Notes: a model not told the origin generated them from the letters alone. 63,984 nt of DNA, filler included, from an uncultured bacterium (GCA_964372275.1; 10 parts of 10 records of this genome joined end to end with filler, not necessarily neighbours in it), one strand, 5' to 3'. Shown: positions 20,746-34,161, counted from the first letter of the whole stretch. Numbers and translations are program-made.

Positions 20746-20845
20746 NNNNNNNNNNNNNNNNNNNNNNNNNNNNNNNNNNNNNNNNNNNNTTAATTAATTA
20801 ANNNNNNNNNNNNNNNNNNNNNNNNNNNNNNNNNNNNNNNNNNNN

Positions 20846-22221
20846 GGCTCCACCCCCATGTCGATCAGGCGGGCGAAGGTGCCGGCGGCGTCGTTGGTGT
20901 GGAGCGTGGAGAAGACGAGGTGGCCGGTGAGCGCCGCGTTGATCGAGATGTCGGCGGTCTCCCCGTCCCGGATCTCGCCAACCATGATCACGTCCGGGTC
21001 GTGGCGGAGGATCGACCGGAGGCCGCTGGCGAAGGTCAGGTCGATCTTGGGGGCCACCTGGATCTGCGTCACGCCCCGGAGCTGGTACTCGATCGGATCC
21101 TCGACGGTGATGATGTTCAGGTCCGGCGTGTTGATTTCGGAGAGCGCGGCGTAGAGGGTCGTCGACTTTCCGGATCCGGTGGGACCGGTCACCAGGATCA
21201 TCCCGTGATCGGCCTGGATCAGCTTGCGCAAGGAGGCGAGCTTCGCCCCGGTGACGCCGATCTCGTTCAGTCGCAGAACGGTCGAAGTCTTCTCCAAGAG
21301 TCGCATCGTGATCTTCTCGCCGTGCGCGTGCGGCACGGTGGCGACGCGGATGTCGACGTCCTTGCCGGCGAGCTTGATGCGGATGCGGCCGTCCTGCGGG
21401 AGGCGCTTCTCGGCGATGTTCAGCCCGCTCATGATCTTGACCCGGCTCACCACCGAGGCCTGGAACCGCTTCGGCGGGCGGATCACCTCGCGCATCATCC
21501 CGTCGACGCGGAAGCGCACGCTGATGTCGCGCTCCTCCGGGGTGATGTGGATGTCGGTCGCCCGCTCCTTCACCGCCTGGAAGAGGAGCGAATTGACCAG
21601 GCGGATGATCGGCGCCTCGTCGTCGGCGTCGAGGAGATCCTGTGGTTCCTCCAGCTCGTGCGCCAGCGTGTCGAGGTTTCCCTCCTCCAGACCGTCCATC
21701 ATCGCGTCGGCCGAGCTGGCTCTCCGGTCGTAGGCCGCGTTGATGGTGTCGATCACCACCTTCGGGCTGGCGATCTGCACCCGGACCGGCAGCCCGAACA
21801 GGACGCGCAGGTCGTCGAGCGGATGGAGGGCGAGCGGATTGGCCGTCGCCACCTCGACCGCTCCGTCGACGCGGCGCAACGGTACGACCTCGTTCTGCTT
21901 GGCGAACGAGATCGGCAGCTTCGCAAGGAGCTCGGCCTCGACAGTACGGGCGTCGATGTCCTCCAGCCACGGCAGTCCGCTCTGGATGCCGAGCGCGCGC
22001 CCGACGTCCCCCTCGGCGCAGGCCTTCGACTCGACCAGGATCTCGCCCAGACGGCGCCGGCGGCCGCCGACCTCCTGCGACTCCGACTGTTTCGCCAGCG
22101 CCGCCTCGACCTGCGCCACGCTCGCGGCGTGGATGCGCACCAGGACCTCGCCGATCCGAGGACGACGGACCTGCGTCACCTCGGTGGGGGCGAGCCCGGC
22201 CTCGGGGGTGTCGATGGCCAT
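20846..22221 (-). CDS. gspE: Type II secretion ATPase GspE (3' truncated)
   Basis: Walker A GPTGSGKST, EDPIEY, LRHDPDVIMVGEIRD, TGHLVFSTLHTND; follows gspD. Confidence 0.95.
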
Positions 22222-22225
22222 GGCG

Positions 22226-25048
22226 TCAGCGAGTCTCCTCGGCGGCGGGGGTCGGCGAGGGCTCTGCCGGAGAGGCCGGCTCGAGCGGAAGGCCCCCCGG
22301 CGGCGGCGCCGCGTCCGGCGCGGAACCGGCGGACGGCGCGGCGCCACCGGCGGGCGCGGCGCCACCTCCGGGATCGGATTCGCGTGCGGATCCCGGTTCG
22401 GACACCGTCCCGGATACGGATCCCGGTCCCGATACGGACTCGGACTCGGCCCCGGCGCTCCCGGCGCCCGCCCCGACGGGACGCCCGGTCGCCGGATCGA
22501 GCTGCTGCACCGGCACGAACAGCGTCTTCGGCGCCGCCTCCGTCTCCTTCTTCTCCGGATCCCCGTGGCGGTAGCGCTCGAACGTCGACGTGCGGCGCTT
22601 CTCCTCCTTGCGCACCGACCGGTTCGCGTAGAGCCGCGCGAACTCCTCCCGCTCCCTCATCCGCCGTTCGTAGATGGCGCGCATGTCGCCGTCGTCCTTC
22701 ACGATCGTCGGGGTGAGGAAGATGAGGAGGTTGGTCTTCTGCGCCTTGCGGCTGGAGCTGCGGAACAGCCAACCGAGAAACGGGATGTCCCCCAGGAGCG
22801 GCACCTTCGTCTCGCTGCGCGTGTCCTCGTCGGAGATCAGTCCGCCGATCACGATCGTCTCGCCGTTCCGCACCTCGACGTTGGTCTTCACCGAGCGCTT
22901 GCCGGTGTCGACCAGCCGCTGCAGCGGGTTCGACCGGTCGTCCTTCACGATCGACTTCACCTCCTGGAAGATCGCCATCGAGACGTTGTTGCTCTCGCTG
23001 ATCTTGGGGGTGACCTTGAGCGTGATGCCGACGTCCTCCTTGGTGATCGAGAAGTTCTGCAGGCCGGTCTGCGAGATCGTCGATCCTCCCGGCACGGCGA
23101 CGGAGGTGGCGACCACGATCTCCGACTCTTCGTTCTCCTTGGCCAGGATGTTCGGACGCGACAGCACGTTGGTGTCGCTGTCCTGTTGCAGGGCGTTGAG
23201 CACCACGCCGAACGGCGGCACGGTGATCGGGGTCGTCGTCCCGTCGGGATTGGGGAGGTTGAACGTCATCCCCCCCGGACCGAGCAGGCCGAGGGCGAAC
23301 CCGGACGCGAGCGCCGTCGGATCGAGCAGCAGCGCCTTCTTGAAGTTCAACCCCCCGTAGCCGATCGCCCCCTCGCCGACGTCGGCGCCTCCCGCGAAGC
23401 TCAATCCCAGGTCGCGCGCCTTCTGGAGCGAAAGCTCCATGATGACCGCCTCGACGTAGACCTGCTGGCGGCGGATGTCGAGCTTCTGGATCACCTGCTT
23501 CAACGACTCGAAATCCGACTTGCTCGCGGTGATCACCAGGGCGTTGGTCGACTTGTCGGCGGTGATCTTGACGTCCCCTTCGAGGACGGCGACGCCCCCC
23601 CCGGGCGCACCACCGCCCCCCGGCGCCGGCGGCGCGCCCGGCTGCTGCGGCGGCGTCCCCTCCCCCCGCGCTCGCCGTCCCCCGGGCTGGCCCGCGTTCC
23701 CCGCCGCCAGGTTCGCCAGGACGGCGGCGAGCTCTTCGGCGTCCGCGTTCTCGAGGTAGTAGACGTGGATCCCGCCGCCGCCCTCCTGCGCGACGTCGAT
23801 CAACGCCAGGAAGTCGCGCACCGCAGCAATGGCGCGGTCGCTCCCCTGGAGGATGATCTGGTTCGACCGCGCGTCGGCGACCACCTTGGAGATGAGCGGC
23901 GTCGCCTCGGCCGGTGTTCCGGCCGCGCCGTCGGCGGGGGCCGCCCCATCCTTCCCCTTGGGCGTCGGCCGGCGGATCGGCGCCGCCGCCGCGCGCCCCG
24001 CCGCCCCCGCCGGCGCGCCGGGGCTCTGGCTGCCGAACAGCTGCTGGATCTTGTCCGCCACGTCGGCGACGTCGGCGTAGTGGATCCGGACCACCTCGAT
24101 CGTCTCCTCGCCGCCGGAGCGGTCGAGCTCCTCGATGATCTTCGCCAGACGCCGGATGTTGTTCGCGGTGTCGGTGATGATCAGGCTGTTCGTCTCCGGG
24201 AACGACTGGACCTGCCCGTCCTTCGCCGCCAACTGCTGCACCACCGATTGGATCGACGCCACCCCGACGTTCTTCAGGCGGATGATCCGGGTGACGAAGG
24301 AGTCGTTCCAGGGAACGGTCGTTCCGATCTCGGTGTCGAGCGGCTTCTCCTTGGCGTCGCGGCGCGGAAGGATCCGGGTCAGGTTGGGACCCACCTGGAC
24401 CAGCGTCAGCCCCGCCCCCTCCAGCGCCGTTTGGAACGCCTGGTAGGCCTCGAGGACGGTCAGGGGCGACGGCGCGAGGATCGTCACCTTCTGGTTGCGC
24501 ACGTCCTTCTTGTCGTAGATGAAGTTCCGCGCGGTGGCCCGGGAGATGGTGCGGATGACCTCTTCGAGGTCGGAGTCGTCGATCTGGTTCAGCGAGACCT
24601 TCTGGGTCCACGGCAGCGGTTTGGTCGCCTTCGGATTGGTCTCGACCAGCCCGTTGCCGATCCGCGTCCCCGACGAGGATCCGGCGCCCGACGGAGCGGG
24701 GGGGGCGGCGCCGCGCTCGCCGTCGCCGCCGCGATCGCGACCGCCATTCCGTTCCTCCTGCGCGGGGGCCGGCGTGGGGCTCGCGGTGGGGCTGGCGCTG
24801 GCGCCCAGGCGTTCGCGGATCCCTTGCGCCCCTTTGGGCACGCGCAGGCTCTCCAGCCGCTTCCGGAGCACGTCGGGGTTCGAGCCGCCCGGCGCCCTCG
24901 GGGTCGCGGCCGGCGCGGGCTCCGCGCCCTCCTCCTCCGCCGACTGCGCCCACGGCGCGGCGGGAACGGCCAACAGCAGCCCGACCAGGATCGATCCCGC
25001 CACTCGTCGAAAGGTGATCGTCACGTCCAACCTCGTCTCCCGCTTCAT
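22226..25048 (-). CDS. gspD: Type II secretion secretin GspD
   Basis: N domains (TNSLIITD, DKSTNALVI), LDIRRQQVYVEAVI, GETIVIGGLI, KVPLLGDIPFLGWLF, NLLIFLTPTI. Confidence 0.95.
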   Translation of the reverse strand: MKRETRLDVTITFRRVAGSILVGLLLAVPAAPWAQSAEEEGAEPAPAATPRAPGGSNPDVLRKRLESLRVPKGAQGIRERLGASASPTASPTPAPAQEERNGGRDRGGDGERGAAPPAPSGAGSSSGTRIGNGLVETNPKATKPLPWTQKVSLNQIDDSDLEEVIRTISRATARNFIYDKKDVRNQKVTILAPSPLTVLEAYQAFQTALEGAGLTLVQVGPNLTRILPRRDAKEKPLDTEIGTTVPWNDSFVTRIIRLKNVGVASIQSVVQQLAAKDGQVQSFPETNSLIITDTANNIRRLAKIIEELDRSGGEETIEVVRIHYADVADVADKIQQLFGSQSPGAPAGAAGRAAAAPIRRPTPKGKDGAAPADGAAGTPAEATPLISKVVADARSNQIILQGSDRAIAAVRDFLALIDVAQEGGGGIHVYYLENADAEELAAVLANLAAGNAGQPGGRRARGEGTPPQQPGAPPAPGGGGAPGGGVAVLEGDVKITADKSTNALVITASKSDFESLKQVIQKLDIRRQQVYVEAVIMELSLQKARDLGLSFAGGADVGEGAIGYGGLNFKKALLLDPTALASGFALGLLGPGGMTFNLPNPDGTTTPITVPPFGVVLNALQQDSDTNVLSRPNILAKENEESEIVVATSVAVPGGSTISQTGLQNFSITKEDVGITLKVTPKISESNNVSMAIFQEVKSIVKDDRSNPLQRLVDTGKRSVKTNVEVRNGETIVIGGLISDEDTRSETKVPLLGDIPFLGWLFRSSSRKAQKTNLLIFLTPTIVKDDGDMRAIYERRMREREEFARLYANRSVRKEEKRRTSTFERYRHGDPEKKETEAAPKTLFVPVQQLDPATGRPVGAGAGSAGAESESVSGPGSVSGTVSEPGSARESDPGGGAAPAGGAAPSAGSAPDAAPPPGGLPLEPASPAEPSPTPAAEETR

Positions 25049-26001
25049 CGAATCGTGTAGCTGATCGACTTGTTCTGCCCGTTCCGGGTCAGGTCGACCT
25101 GCACGTTCTTCTCGCTCTTGAGCAGCCCGTACACCTGCAGCGCCTTCTCCGGGCTGGAGATGTCGTAGCCGTTCACCTTCTGGATCACGTCGCCGTTCGA
25201 GAGCCCGATCTTCGACAGAAGCGAACCGGGCTTGATGCTGTAGAGCTTGAACCCCTTCGACTGCCCCCCTTCGAAGTAGGGGACGATGCGCACGTCCTGG
25301 GCCATCGTGGCCAACCCGCCGCTCATGATCGCGTCGATCTCCGACTGCGCCACCTCGAACTGCGTGTCGCTGATCCGCTTCACCGAATCGCCCGTCGGCG
25401 CCGCCGGCGCGGACGCGACCGGCATCGACGCGCCTCCGCTCTTCGCCGGCGCGGTACCCGCGTCGGAGCGGCAGATCTCCGTGCGTCCGTCGTCACGGCG
25501 AAGCTGGCAGATGCTCACCAGGCCCAGCGAACCATCGACGTACTCCTCCGCGACCGAGACGAGCGTCGCCTGGTCGGCGATCCGTTCGCCCACCTGCACC
25601 ACCACGATCGCCGGCGGCGACGCGGAGTTGTCCATCAGCGTCGCGAGCGAGAGCTCGGGCTGGTTCACCACCACCACCGTCGCCAGGACCTGGATCGGCA
25701 AGGTGCAGGCGTCGGCCGGGCCGCTCGGGGCTTCGACGGCGCCTCCGCCCACCACCTCCTCGTCGGGGATCGGTTCGCCGTGATTGAAGATGTTCCGGCT
25801 CCGGATCGGACCGAGATAGTGCTCGACGCCGTGGGTCGCGACCGTCGGCGCCGCCGCCGGGGAACGCTTGGCCGGCGCCGTCTCCCGCGCGCTCAAGCGC
25901 GCCGCGATCACCGCGTTCGCCGTGCCGGCGAGGAGCCACGCCGCGCCGAGGATGCCGGCGACGTTCACGAGCCAGAGCCAGCGTTGGGAGAGCCGCGCCA
26001 T
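25045..26001 (-). CDS. gspC: Type II secretion protein GspC (PDZ type)
   Basis: N-terminal TM, RNIF motif, C-terminal PDZ GFKLYSIKPGSLLSKIGLSNGDVI; stop overlaps gspD start. Confidence 0.9.
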   Translation of the reverse strand: MARLSQRWLWLVNVAGILGAAWLLAGTANAVIAARLSARETAPAKRSPAAAPTVATHGVEHYLGPIRSRNIFNHGEPIPDEEVVGGGAVEAPSGPADACTLPIQVLATVVVVNQPELSLATLMDNSASPPAIVVVQVGERIADQATLVSVAEEYVDGSLGLVSICQLRRDDGRTEICRSDAGTAPAKSGGASMPVASAPAAPTGDSVKRISDTQFEVAQSEIDAIMSGGLATMAQDVRIVPYFEGGQSKGFKLYSIKPGSLLSKIGLSNGDVIQKVNGYDISSPEKALQVYGLLKSEKNVQVDLTRNGQNKSISYTIR

Positions 26002-26023
26002 CGTCCTGTCCGAGCGGACGAGG

Positions 26024-26039
26024 AGCAACCGACGTGCCG
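26024..26039 (-). promoter_or_regulatory. Sigma-54 promoter of gspCDE
   Basis: Minus strand CGGCAC-GTCGG-TTGCT, ~22 nt upstream of the gspC ATG. Confidence 0.8.
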
Positions 26040-26121
26040 GCACCGCCCGCCGCGACGACGACTCAAGTGTTCGAGAAGGTTATACTTTTCGCATCGTTCC
26101 GGCGCGCCGACGCGCGGCCGG

Positions 26122-26176
26122 CCGGACAAATTGTCAAGACCCGCCGCGAGACCCCGCCCCCCCCGGACAAATTGTC
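26122..26176. promoter_or_regulatory. Two identical enhancer-like boxes CCGGACAAATTGTC
   Basis: Exact 14-bp direct repeat at 26122 and 26163 (41 bp apart); each contains the palindrome GACAA-A-TTGTC; about -110 and -155 from the predicted start site. Confidence 0.7.
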
Positions 26177-26193
26177 GGCCGTTGCCCGTCGCC

Positions 26194-26586
26194 CTACATC
26201 ACCGGAGGGGCGATCCGCTGCGGATCGAGGGTGGCGATCACGCCCGGGATCTCGTCGCGCAGGCGCCGGCGCAGGGGGAAGGTGAGCGTGAGACGTCCCG
26301 CGAGGAACCCCTTCATGTCCTCCGGATGGACGCCGGCGGCCGACGCGAGGCGGTGCGACGTCGCGCCCGCCGCGATCGCCCGGCGGGCGGCGTCGAGCGC
26401 CTCGTGCACGTCCCGTCGCTCGTCGTCCGGCACGTCGCCCGCCTCGGAGGCCGCGCCGCCCGGATCGTCCCGCGGCACGGAACGCAGGCCGGAACGCGGC
26501 GCGGAACGCGGCGCGCGGCCCGCCGCCCCCGTCGTCCGGGCGCTGCCGCCCGCGCCGTTCCTCTTGCGCCGCCTACGTCTCCCCAT
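26194..26586 (-). CDS. Small basic protein with possible HTH
   Basis: Arg-rich N-terminus; [23 protein letters not shown] resembles an XRE-type HTH; start overlaps the activator gene end. Confidence 0.45.
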   Translation of the reverse strand: MGRRRRRKRNGAGGSARTTGAAGRAPRSAPRSGLRSVPRDDPGGAASEAGDVPDDERRDVHEALDAARRAIAAGATSHRLASAAGVHPEDMKGFLAGRLTLTFPLRRRLRDEIPGVIATLDPQRIAPPVM

Positions 26587-27349
26587 CGTCCGCGCTCTCG
26601 AGCTGCCGGTAGATCGTGCGCGCCGCGATCTTCAGCAGGCGGGCGGCGAGCTCCTTGTCACCGTTCACCTGTTTCAACGTCTCCAGGATCGCCGTCCGCT
26701 TGATCTCGGCCAGTGGCGTCCCGATGGGAAAGGTAAGGGTCCGTGACGGGGCCGCCGCCCCCCCGCCGGCGCCGGGCGACGAGGCGAGCGGCAGGTCGGC
26801 CGCCCCGATCGTCTCGCCTCGGCTCAGGACGACGGCGCGCTCGATCGCGTGCTCCAGCTCGCGGACGTTCCCCGGCCAGCGGTGGCGCGCGAGCGCCGCG
26901 AGCGCCTCCGCGGTGAAACCGCGCAGCGCCTTCCCGTTCTTCGCCGCGTGCCGTCGCAGGAACAGCTCCGCCAGGAACGGCACGTCCTCGGGCCGGTCGC
27001 GGAGCGGCGGGACGTGGATCCGGATGACGTTCAGCCGCCACCACAGGTCCTCGCGGAAGCGTTTCTCGGCGATCAGCGCCGGGAGATTGGCGTTGGTGGC
27101 GGCGACCACGCGGACGTCGACCTTGGTCGGCCGGGTGCTCCCCAGGCGATCGACCTCGCCGTCCTGCAACACGCGCAACAGCTTCGCCTGGACCGGAAGC
27201 GCCAGCTCCCCGACCTCGTCGAGAAACAGCGTGCCGCCGTCCGCGAGCTCGAACCGCCCAGGCTTTCGCGCCACGGCGCCGGTGAAGGCACCGCGCTCGT
27301 ACCCGAACAGCTCGCTCTCGATCAGCGTGTCGGGGATCGCCGCGCAGTT
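26573..27349 (-). CDS. Sigma-54-dependent transcriptional activator (NtrC/PilR family; 5' truncated)
   Basis: [15 protein letters not shown] (read by hand upstream of the tracked ORF), [22 protein letters not shown]-terminal Fis-type HTH. Confidence 0.95.
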   Translation of the reverse strand, partial: NCAAIPDTLIESELFGYERGAFTGAVARKPGRFELADGGTLFLDEVGELALPVQAKLLRVLQDGEVDRLGSTRPTKVDVRVVAATNANLPALIAEKRFREDLWWRLNVIRIHVPPLRDRPEDVPFLAELFLRRHAAKNGKALRGFTAEALAALARHRWPGNVRELEHAIERAVVLSRGETIGAADLPLASSPGAGGGAAAPSRTLTFPIGTPLAEIKRTAILETLKQVNGDKELAARLLKIAARTIYRQLESADDGET

Positions 27350-27449
27350 NNNNNNNNNNNNNNNNNNNNNNNNNNNNNNNNNNNNNNNNNNNNTTAATTA
27401 ATTAANNNNNNNNNNNNNNNNNNNNNNNNNNNNNNNNNNNNNNNNNNNN

Positions 27450-29087
27450 ATCAAGGCCGCCACCGTCCGCCTGCTCCACCGGGCCAAGCGCGATGGAATC
27501 GAGTACCAGCTCAACCTGATCGACACGCCGGGCCACGTCGACTTCAACTACGAGGTCAGCCGTTCGCTCGCCGCCTGCGAGGGGGCGCTCCTGGTCGTCG
27601 ACGCCTCGCAGGGGGTCGAAGCGCAGACCCTGGCCAACGTCTACCTGGCGCTGGAACGGGACCTCGAGATCGTGCCGGTGATCAACAAGATCGACCTGCC
27701 CAGCGCCCAGCCGGAAGTCGCGCGGGAGGAGATCGAGGAGATCGTGGGGATTCCGGCCGACGACGCGCTGCTCGCCTCGGCCAAGGAGGGGACCGGGATC
27801 GACGAGATCCTGGAGGCGATCGTGGAGAGGGTGCCACCGCCCAAGGGGGACCCCGAGGCGCCGCTCGAAGCGTTGATCTTCGACTCCTGGTTCGACGCCT
27901 ACCTCGGCGCGCTTACGCAGGTCCGCGTCTTCAACGGCACCGTGAAGAAGGGGGATCGGATCCGGATCCTCTCCACCGGGAAGGAGTACGAGGTGACGCG
28001 GGTTGCGGCCTTCTGCCCGGAGCCGGTGGAGGTGGCGGCGCTCTCGGCGGGGGAGGTGGGGGTGATCGCCGCGGGGATCAAGGAGGTGCGCGACACCAAG
28101 GTCGGCGACACGATCACCGCGGCCAAAGGCGGTGTCGAGCGGCCGATCCCCGGCTTCAAGGAGCCGCAGCCGATGGTCTTCGCCGGGATGTTCCCGGTCG
28201 ACAACGACGACTACCACGACCTGAAGGAGGCGCTGGAGAAGCTCAAGATGAACGACAGCGCCTTCACCTTCGAGCCGGAGACCTCGGCGGCGCTGGGGTT
28301 CGGCTTCCGCTGCGGCTTCCTCGGCCTGCTCCACGCCGAGATCGTGCAGGAGCGGCTCGAGCGCGAATACCACCTGTCCCTGATCTCCACCGCCCCGACC
28401 GTCGTCTACCAGGTGAAGCGGACCGACGGCGAAGTGGTGCGGGTCGACAACCCGGCGCTGATGCCCGATCCCGGAACGATCGACGAGATCCGGGAGCCGC
28501 TCATCCGCGCCACGATCCACGTCCCCAAGGAGTACCTGGGGAACGTGATGGCCTTGTGCCAGGACCGGCGCGGGCAGCAGGACAAACTCGAGTATCACGC
28601 CGGCGACCGGGTGATGATCACCTACCGCATGCCCTTCAACGAGATGGTCTACGACTTCTACGACAAGCTGAAGTCGTCGACGAAGGGGTACGCCTCCCTC
28701 GACTACGAGATCCTCGACTACCAGCCGGGCGATCTGGTGAAGGTCGACATCCTCATCAACGGGGACCAGGTCGACGCCCTGTCGATGATCTGCCACAAGG
28801 ATCGGGCCTACGAGCGCGGCAAGGGGCTCGTCTCCAAGATCAAGGAGCACGTGCCTCGGCAGCAGTACGACGTCGCGATCCAGGCGGCGATCGGCGGGCG
28901 GATCATCTCGCGCGAGACCTCCAAGGCGCTGCGCAAGGACGTGACCGCGAAGTGCTACGGTGGCGACATCTCGCGCAAGCGCAAGCTCCTGGAGAAGCAG
29001 AAGGAGGGAAAGAAACGGATGAAGCAGCTGGGGAACGTGGAGCTGCCGCAAGAGGCGTTCCGCGCCATCCTGAAGGTGGACGTGTGA
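27450..29087 (+). CDS. lepA: Elongation factor 4 (5' truncated)
   Basis: [52 protein letters not shown]. Confidence 0.98.
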   Translation: MKAATVRLLHRAKRDGIEYQLNLIDTPGHVDFNYEVSRSLAACEGALLVVDASQGVEAQTLANVYLALERDLEIVPVINKIDLPSAQPEVAREEIEEIVGIPADDALLASAKEGTGIDEILEAIVERVPPPKGDPEAPLEALIFDSWFDAYLGALTQVRVFNGTVKKGDRIRILSTGKEYEVTRVAAFCPEPVEVAALSAGEVGVIAAGIKEVRDTKVGDTITAAKGGVERPIPGFKEPQPMVFAGMFPVDNDDYHDLKEALEKLKMNDSAFTFEPETSAALGFGFRCGFLGLLHAEIVQERLEREYHLSLISTAPTVVYQVKRTDGEVVRVDNPALMPDPGTIDEIREPLIRATIHVPKEYLGNVMALCQDRRGQQDKLEYHAGDRVMITYRMPFNEMVYDFYDKLKSSTKGYASLDYEILDYQPGDLVKVDILINGDQVDALSMICHKDRAYERGKGLVSKIKEHVPRQQYDVAIQAAIGGRIISRETSKALRKDVTAKCYGGDISRKRKLLEKQKEGKKRMKQLGNVELPQEAFRAILKVDV

Positions 29088-29830
29088 CGGAGGGGGTGCC
29101 GGTGGCCGAGGCGGCCAAGGACGCGGAGAAGGAGTCCTCCTGGGCCTCCGAGACCAAGGAGCTGGTCAAGGCGTTGGCCTGGGCGCTGGCATTCGCCTTC
29201 GTGCTGCGCTCGTTCGTCGTCGAGGCCTACAAGATCCCGTCCGGCTCGATGCTGCCGACGCTCGAGGTCGGCGACCACATCTTCGTCAACAAGTTCATCT
29301 ACGGTTTCATGATCCCGTTCACCACGGTGAAGATCGGAAAGTGGCGCCAGCCGACGCGCGGCGAGGTGATCGTCTTCAAGTACCCGAACAACCCCTCCCA
29401 GGACTACATCAAGCGGGTGATCGGGGTCCCCGGCGATGTGGTGGAGACGCGTGGGCGCGACCTCTACGTCAACGACGTGAAGATGGAGGACGTGCCGGTC
29501 GGACCGTCGCAGGTGGTCGACCAGGGCTGTTACCCGACGCCGGTGGAGCGGTTCGAGGAGCGGCTCGACACCGGTATCACCCACGCCAAGATCCATTTCC
29601 AGGGTCGGCCGCCGGCCCTCTCCCCGGGCACCTGGACCGTGCCCGAGGGGAGCCTGTTCATGATGGGGGACAACCGCGACAACTCGCAGGACAGCCGGAC
29701 CGGTTTCGTCGTCCCCTACAACTACGTCAAAGGGCGTGCGATGTTCGTGTGGCTCTCGTGGAACGGTTGCGAGTCGTGGTGGCCGTTCCACAAGCTGCGT
29801 TTGAACCGGTTCGGACAGGGGGTCCAATGA
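29084..29830 (+). CDS. lepB: Signal peptidase I
   Basis: [39 protein letters not shown] overlap with lepA. Confidence 0.95.
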   Translation: MTEGVPVAEAAKDAEKESSWASETKELVKALAWALAFAFVLRSFVVEAYKIPSGSMLPTLEVGDHIFVNKFIYGFMIPFTTVKIGKWRQPTRGEVIVFKYPNNPSQDYIKRVIGVPGDVVETRGRDLYVNDVKMEDVPVGPSQVVDQGCYPTPVERFEERLDTGITHAKIHFQGRPPALSPGTWTVPEGSLFMMGDNRDNSQDSRTGFVVPYNYVKGRAMFVWLSWNGCESWWPFHKLRLNRFGQGVQ

Positions 29831-29840
29831 GGGGGGGACG

Positions 29841-30218
29841 TTGAGGGTCAGCGTCGCGCAGCTGCTCGGTCTTTGCCTGCTCGCGGTGGTGGGGTACGTC
29901 GCGCTCAAGTACCTGCCGGTCGCCTCCCACTACCTGACGATGGGGGAGATCGCCCGCACCACGTCGGCGGCGATGGTGCTGAACTTCGACGACGGCGCCC
30001 TCACCAAGTCGGCGGTGGAGAAGGCCAAGGCGGCCGGGGTGACGATCGAAGCGAAACAGGTGAAGCTGACGCGCGGCCGCGATGCCGGATCGCTCACCTG
30101 CACCCTCCGCTGGACGGAACGCATCCAACTCGTCGGCGGCCGTACGCACGTCTTCCCCCTGGAGGTGTCCGAAACCACCCGGCCCCAGAAGGAAGCGCTC
30201 ATGAGGAATGCACCGTGA
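29841..30218 (+). CDS. Small membrane-anchored pilin-like protein (DUF4845-like position after lepB)
   Basis: N-terminal hydrophobic helix; position in the operon. Confidence 0.55.
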   Translation: MRVSVAQLLGLCLLAVVGYVALKYLPVASHYLTMGEIARTTSAAMVLNFDDGALTKSAVEKAKAAGVTIEAKQVKLTRGRDAGSLTCTLRWTERIQLVGGRTHVFPLEVSETTRPQKEALMRNAP

Positions 30219-31450
30219 CGAAAACGGAGCCGCTTCGAGGCGCTGAAGAAGCCGGTGGTTCCGTCGGTGTTGCTCGCCCCGGCATCGTGACGGCCGCGAC
30301 CCTGGCGCTGGCGGACGGGCGGCTGTTCCGGGGGCGATCCTTCGGGCACACCCCTCCAGGGGGTGGAGGGGCGGCCGCGGGCGGCCCTGCGGCCGTCGGC
30401 GAGGTCGTCTTTCACACCGGCATGACCGGTTACCAGGAGATCGTCACCGACGCCTCCTACCGCGGACAGCTGGTGGTGATGACCTATCCCCACATCGGGA
30501 ACTACGGCGTCAACGACGACGACGTCGAGAGCGGGCGGGTGCAGGCGGCCGGACTGATCGTGCGCGAGGCGTGCGAGATCCCGTCCTCCTGGCGCGCGAC
30601 CCGCTCGCTCGGCGACTACCTCCGCGCGAACAAGACGGTCGGGATCACCGGGATCGACACCCGCGCGCTGACCCGCCACCTGCGCACGCACGGCGCGGTG
30701 AACGGTGTGATCGGGCTGGGGGAGCCGTCGCCGGAATCCGACGCGAAGTGGGTGGCGGCCGCGCGCGCGGTTCCGCCGATGGAGGGGCAGGACCTGGTCG
30801 GCGCGGTGACCTGCGTCGACGGCTACGACTGGAGCGAGCCCGACCCCGACCTCGGCCCCTTTCGGGGTTCGCGGGCGCGGGTGGCGGTCTTCGACTTCGG
30901 AGTGAAGCGCAACATCCTGCGCTCGCTCGTCTCCCACGGCTTCGACGTGTCGGTCGTCCCGGCGCGGACGAAGGCGTCGGAGGTGCTGGCGATCGAGGGG
31001 CTCGACGGGGTCGTCCTGTCGAACGGGCCGGGCGATCCGGCGGCGATGCCCTACGCCGTCGACGCCGCGCGCGCCCTCCTGGGGAAGCGGCCGATCCTCG
31101 GAATCTGCCTCGGCCACCAGCTGCTCGGCCGCGCGCTGGGGATGAAGACGTTCAAGCTCAAGTTCGGTCATCACGGCGCGAATCACCCGGTGAAGGAGCT
31201 CCAGACCGGGAAGGTGTCGATCACCTCCCAGAACCACGGCTTCGCCGTCGACGGTTCCCAGGCCCCGGCCGGGGTCGAGGTGACGCAGATCAACCTCTAC
31301 GACGGCACCTGCGAGGGGTTGGCCGCGTGGGACCGCCACGCCTTCTCGGTGCAGTACCATCCCGAAGCGGCCCCCGGGCCGCACGACGCCGAGCCGCTCT
31401 TCGGACGGTTCCGCGCGCTCGTCGACGACTGGAAGAGGAAGAGGGCGTGA
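30215..31450 (+). CDS. carA: Carbamoyl-phosphate synthase small subunit
   Basis: GEVVFHTGMTGYQE, LSNGPGDP, GICLGHQ, QYHPEAAPGPHD; start uncertain. Confidence 0.96.
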   Translation: MTKTEPLRGAEEAGGSVGVARPGIVTAATLALADGRLFRGRSFGHTPPGGGGAAAGGPAAVGEVVFHTGMTGYQEIVTDASYRGQLVVMTYPHIGNYGVNDDDVESGRVQAAGLIVREACEIPSSWRATRSLGDYLRANKTVGITGIDTRALTRHLRTHGAVNGVIGLGEPSPESDAKWVAAARAVPPMEGQDLVGAVTCVDGYDWSEPDPDLGPFRGSRARVAVFDFGVKRNILRSLVSHGFDVSVVPARTKASEVLAIEGLDGVVLSNGPGDPAAMPYAVDAARALLGKRPILGICLGHQLLGRALGMKTFKLKFGHHGANHPVKELQTGKVSITSQNHGFAVDGSQAPAGVEVTQINLYDGTCEGLAAWDRHAFSVQYHPEAAPGPHDAEPLFGRFRALVDDWKRKRA

Positions 31451-32187
31451 TGGACGGAGCGAAGGCCTACGTCTACCTCGAGAAGCTGATCCAACTCGCC
31501 ACCGGCGAGGCCTACCTCGATCCCGTACGCGAAGCGAAGGCCCGCTACTTCAAGGCGACCGGCGAGGTGTTCGAAGACGATCCGTTCTTCGAGCCGCGGA
31601 TGAACGGCTTCGTGGAGTACTACCTCTTCGACTGGCCGGCCGCGGCGGGCGGGAAGTCGACGACGGCGCTGGTGATCGAGCGGGGGCGCGACACCCTGCC
31701 GGAGGAGGAGCTCAAGGCCTTCGTCGGCTTCGACCGGTCGATCCACTCGATCTTCGAATACAAGAAGCAGAAGGGGGAGCGCATCACCGTCGAGAACCTG
31801 TTCGACGGGGAGAAGTACGAGGTGGAGGAACGGCGCGCGCTGGCGGGGCTTTCGAAGGGGGACATCTTCGAGGCGAGGCTGCTTCCCTTCGGCGACCGGA
31901 TCCACTTCTCCAACGCCTTCATCTTCCATCCGCGCGAAGTGCGGAAGTTCATCGCGCAGGAGCTCAAGAACGCGCGCGCCGGCGGGATGGCGCGCGCCAC
32001 CGAAGTGATCCATCGGCTGGCCTACCTCCGGCTCAAGTTCGACCGGTTCCGTCGGGTCGACGCCACGCGGATCTACTCGCGGGACACGCTGGCCCAGATC
32101 GAGGCAGAGGCCAAGCGCGAGGCGGAGCGGGAGGCGGCGCCGGAAGGGGTCGGACTGGTCCCGCGGGTCAAAGGGGGAGGGGCGTAA
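31450..32187 (+). CDS. Hypothetical protein between carA and carB
   Basis: ATG overlaps the carA stop; globular, non-biased composition. Confidence 0.75.
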   Translation: MDGAKAYVYLEKLIQLATGEAYLDPVREAKARYFKATGEVFEDDPFFEPRMNGFVEYYLFDWPAAAGGKSTTALVIERGRDTLPEEELKAFVGFDRSIHSIFEYKKQKGERITVENLFDGEKYEVEERRALAGLSKGDIFEARLLPFGDRIHFSNAFIFHPREVRKFIAQELKNARAGGMARATEVIHRLAYLRLKFDRFRRVDATRIYSRDTLAQIEAEAKREAEREAAPEGVGLVPRVKGGGA

Positions 32188-32193
32188 GGAGCC

Positions 32194-33943
<1,750 letters not shown>

Positions 33944-34161
33944 NNNNNNNNNNNNNNNNNNNNNNNNNNNNNNNNNNNNNNNNNNNNTTAATTAATTAAN
34001 NNNNNNNNNNNNNNNNNNNNNNNNNNNNNNNNNNNNNNNNNNNAAGCTTGAAAAAATAGCCCGCGCCCGGCGGCTCAGGGACGGCCGGCTGGCGCGCGTC
34101 GGGCCGACCGCGCGAAAGCGGCGGCCCGAGGATCCCCTGATGCGTGCGAGGAGCGAACGCC

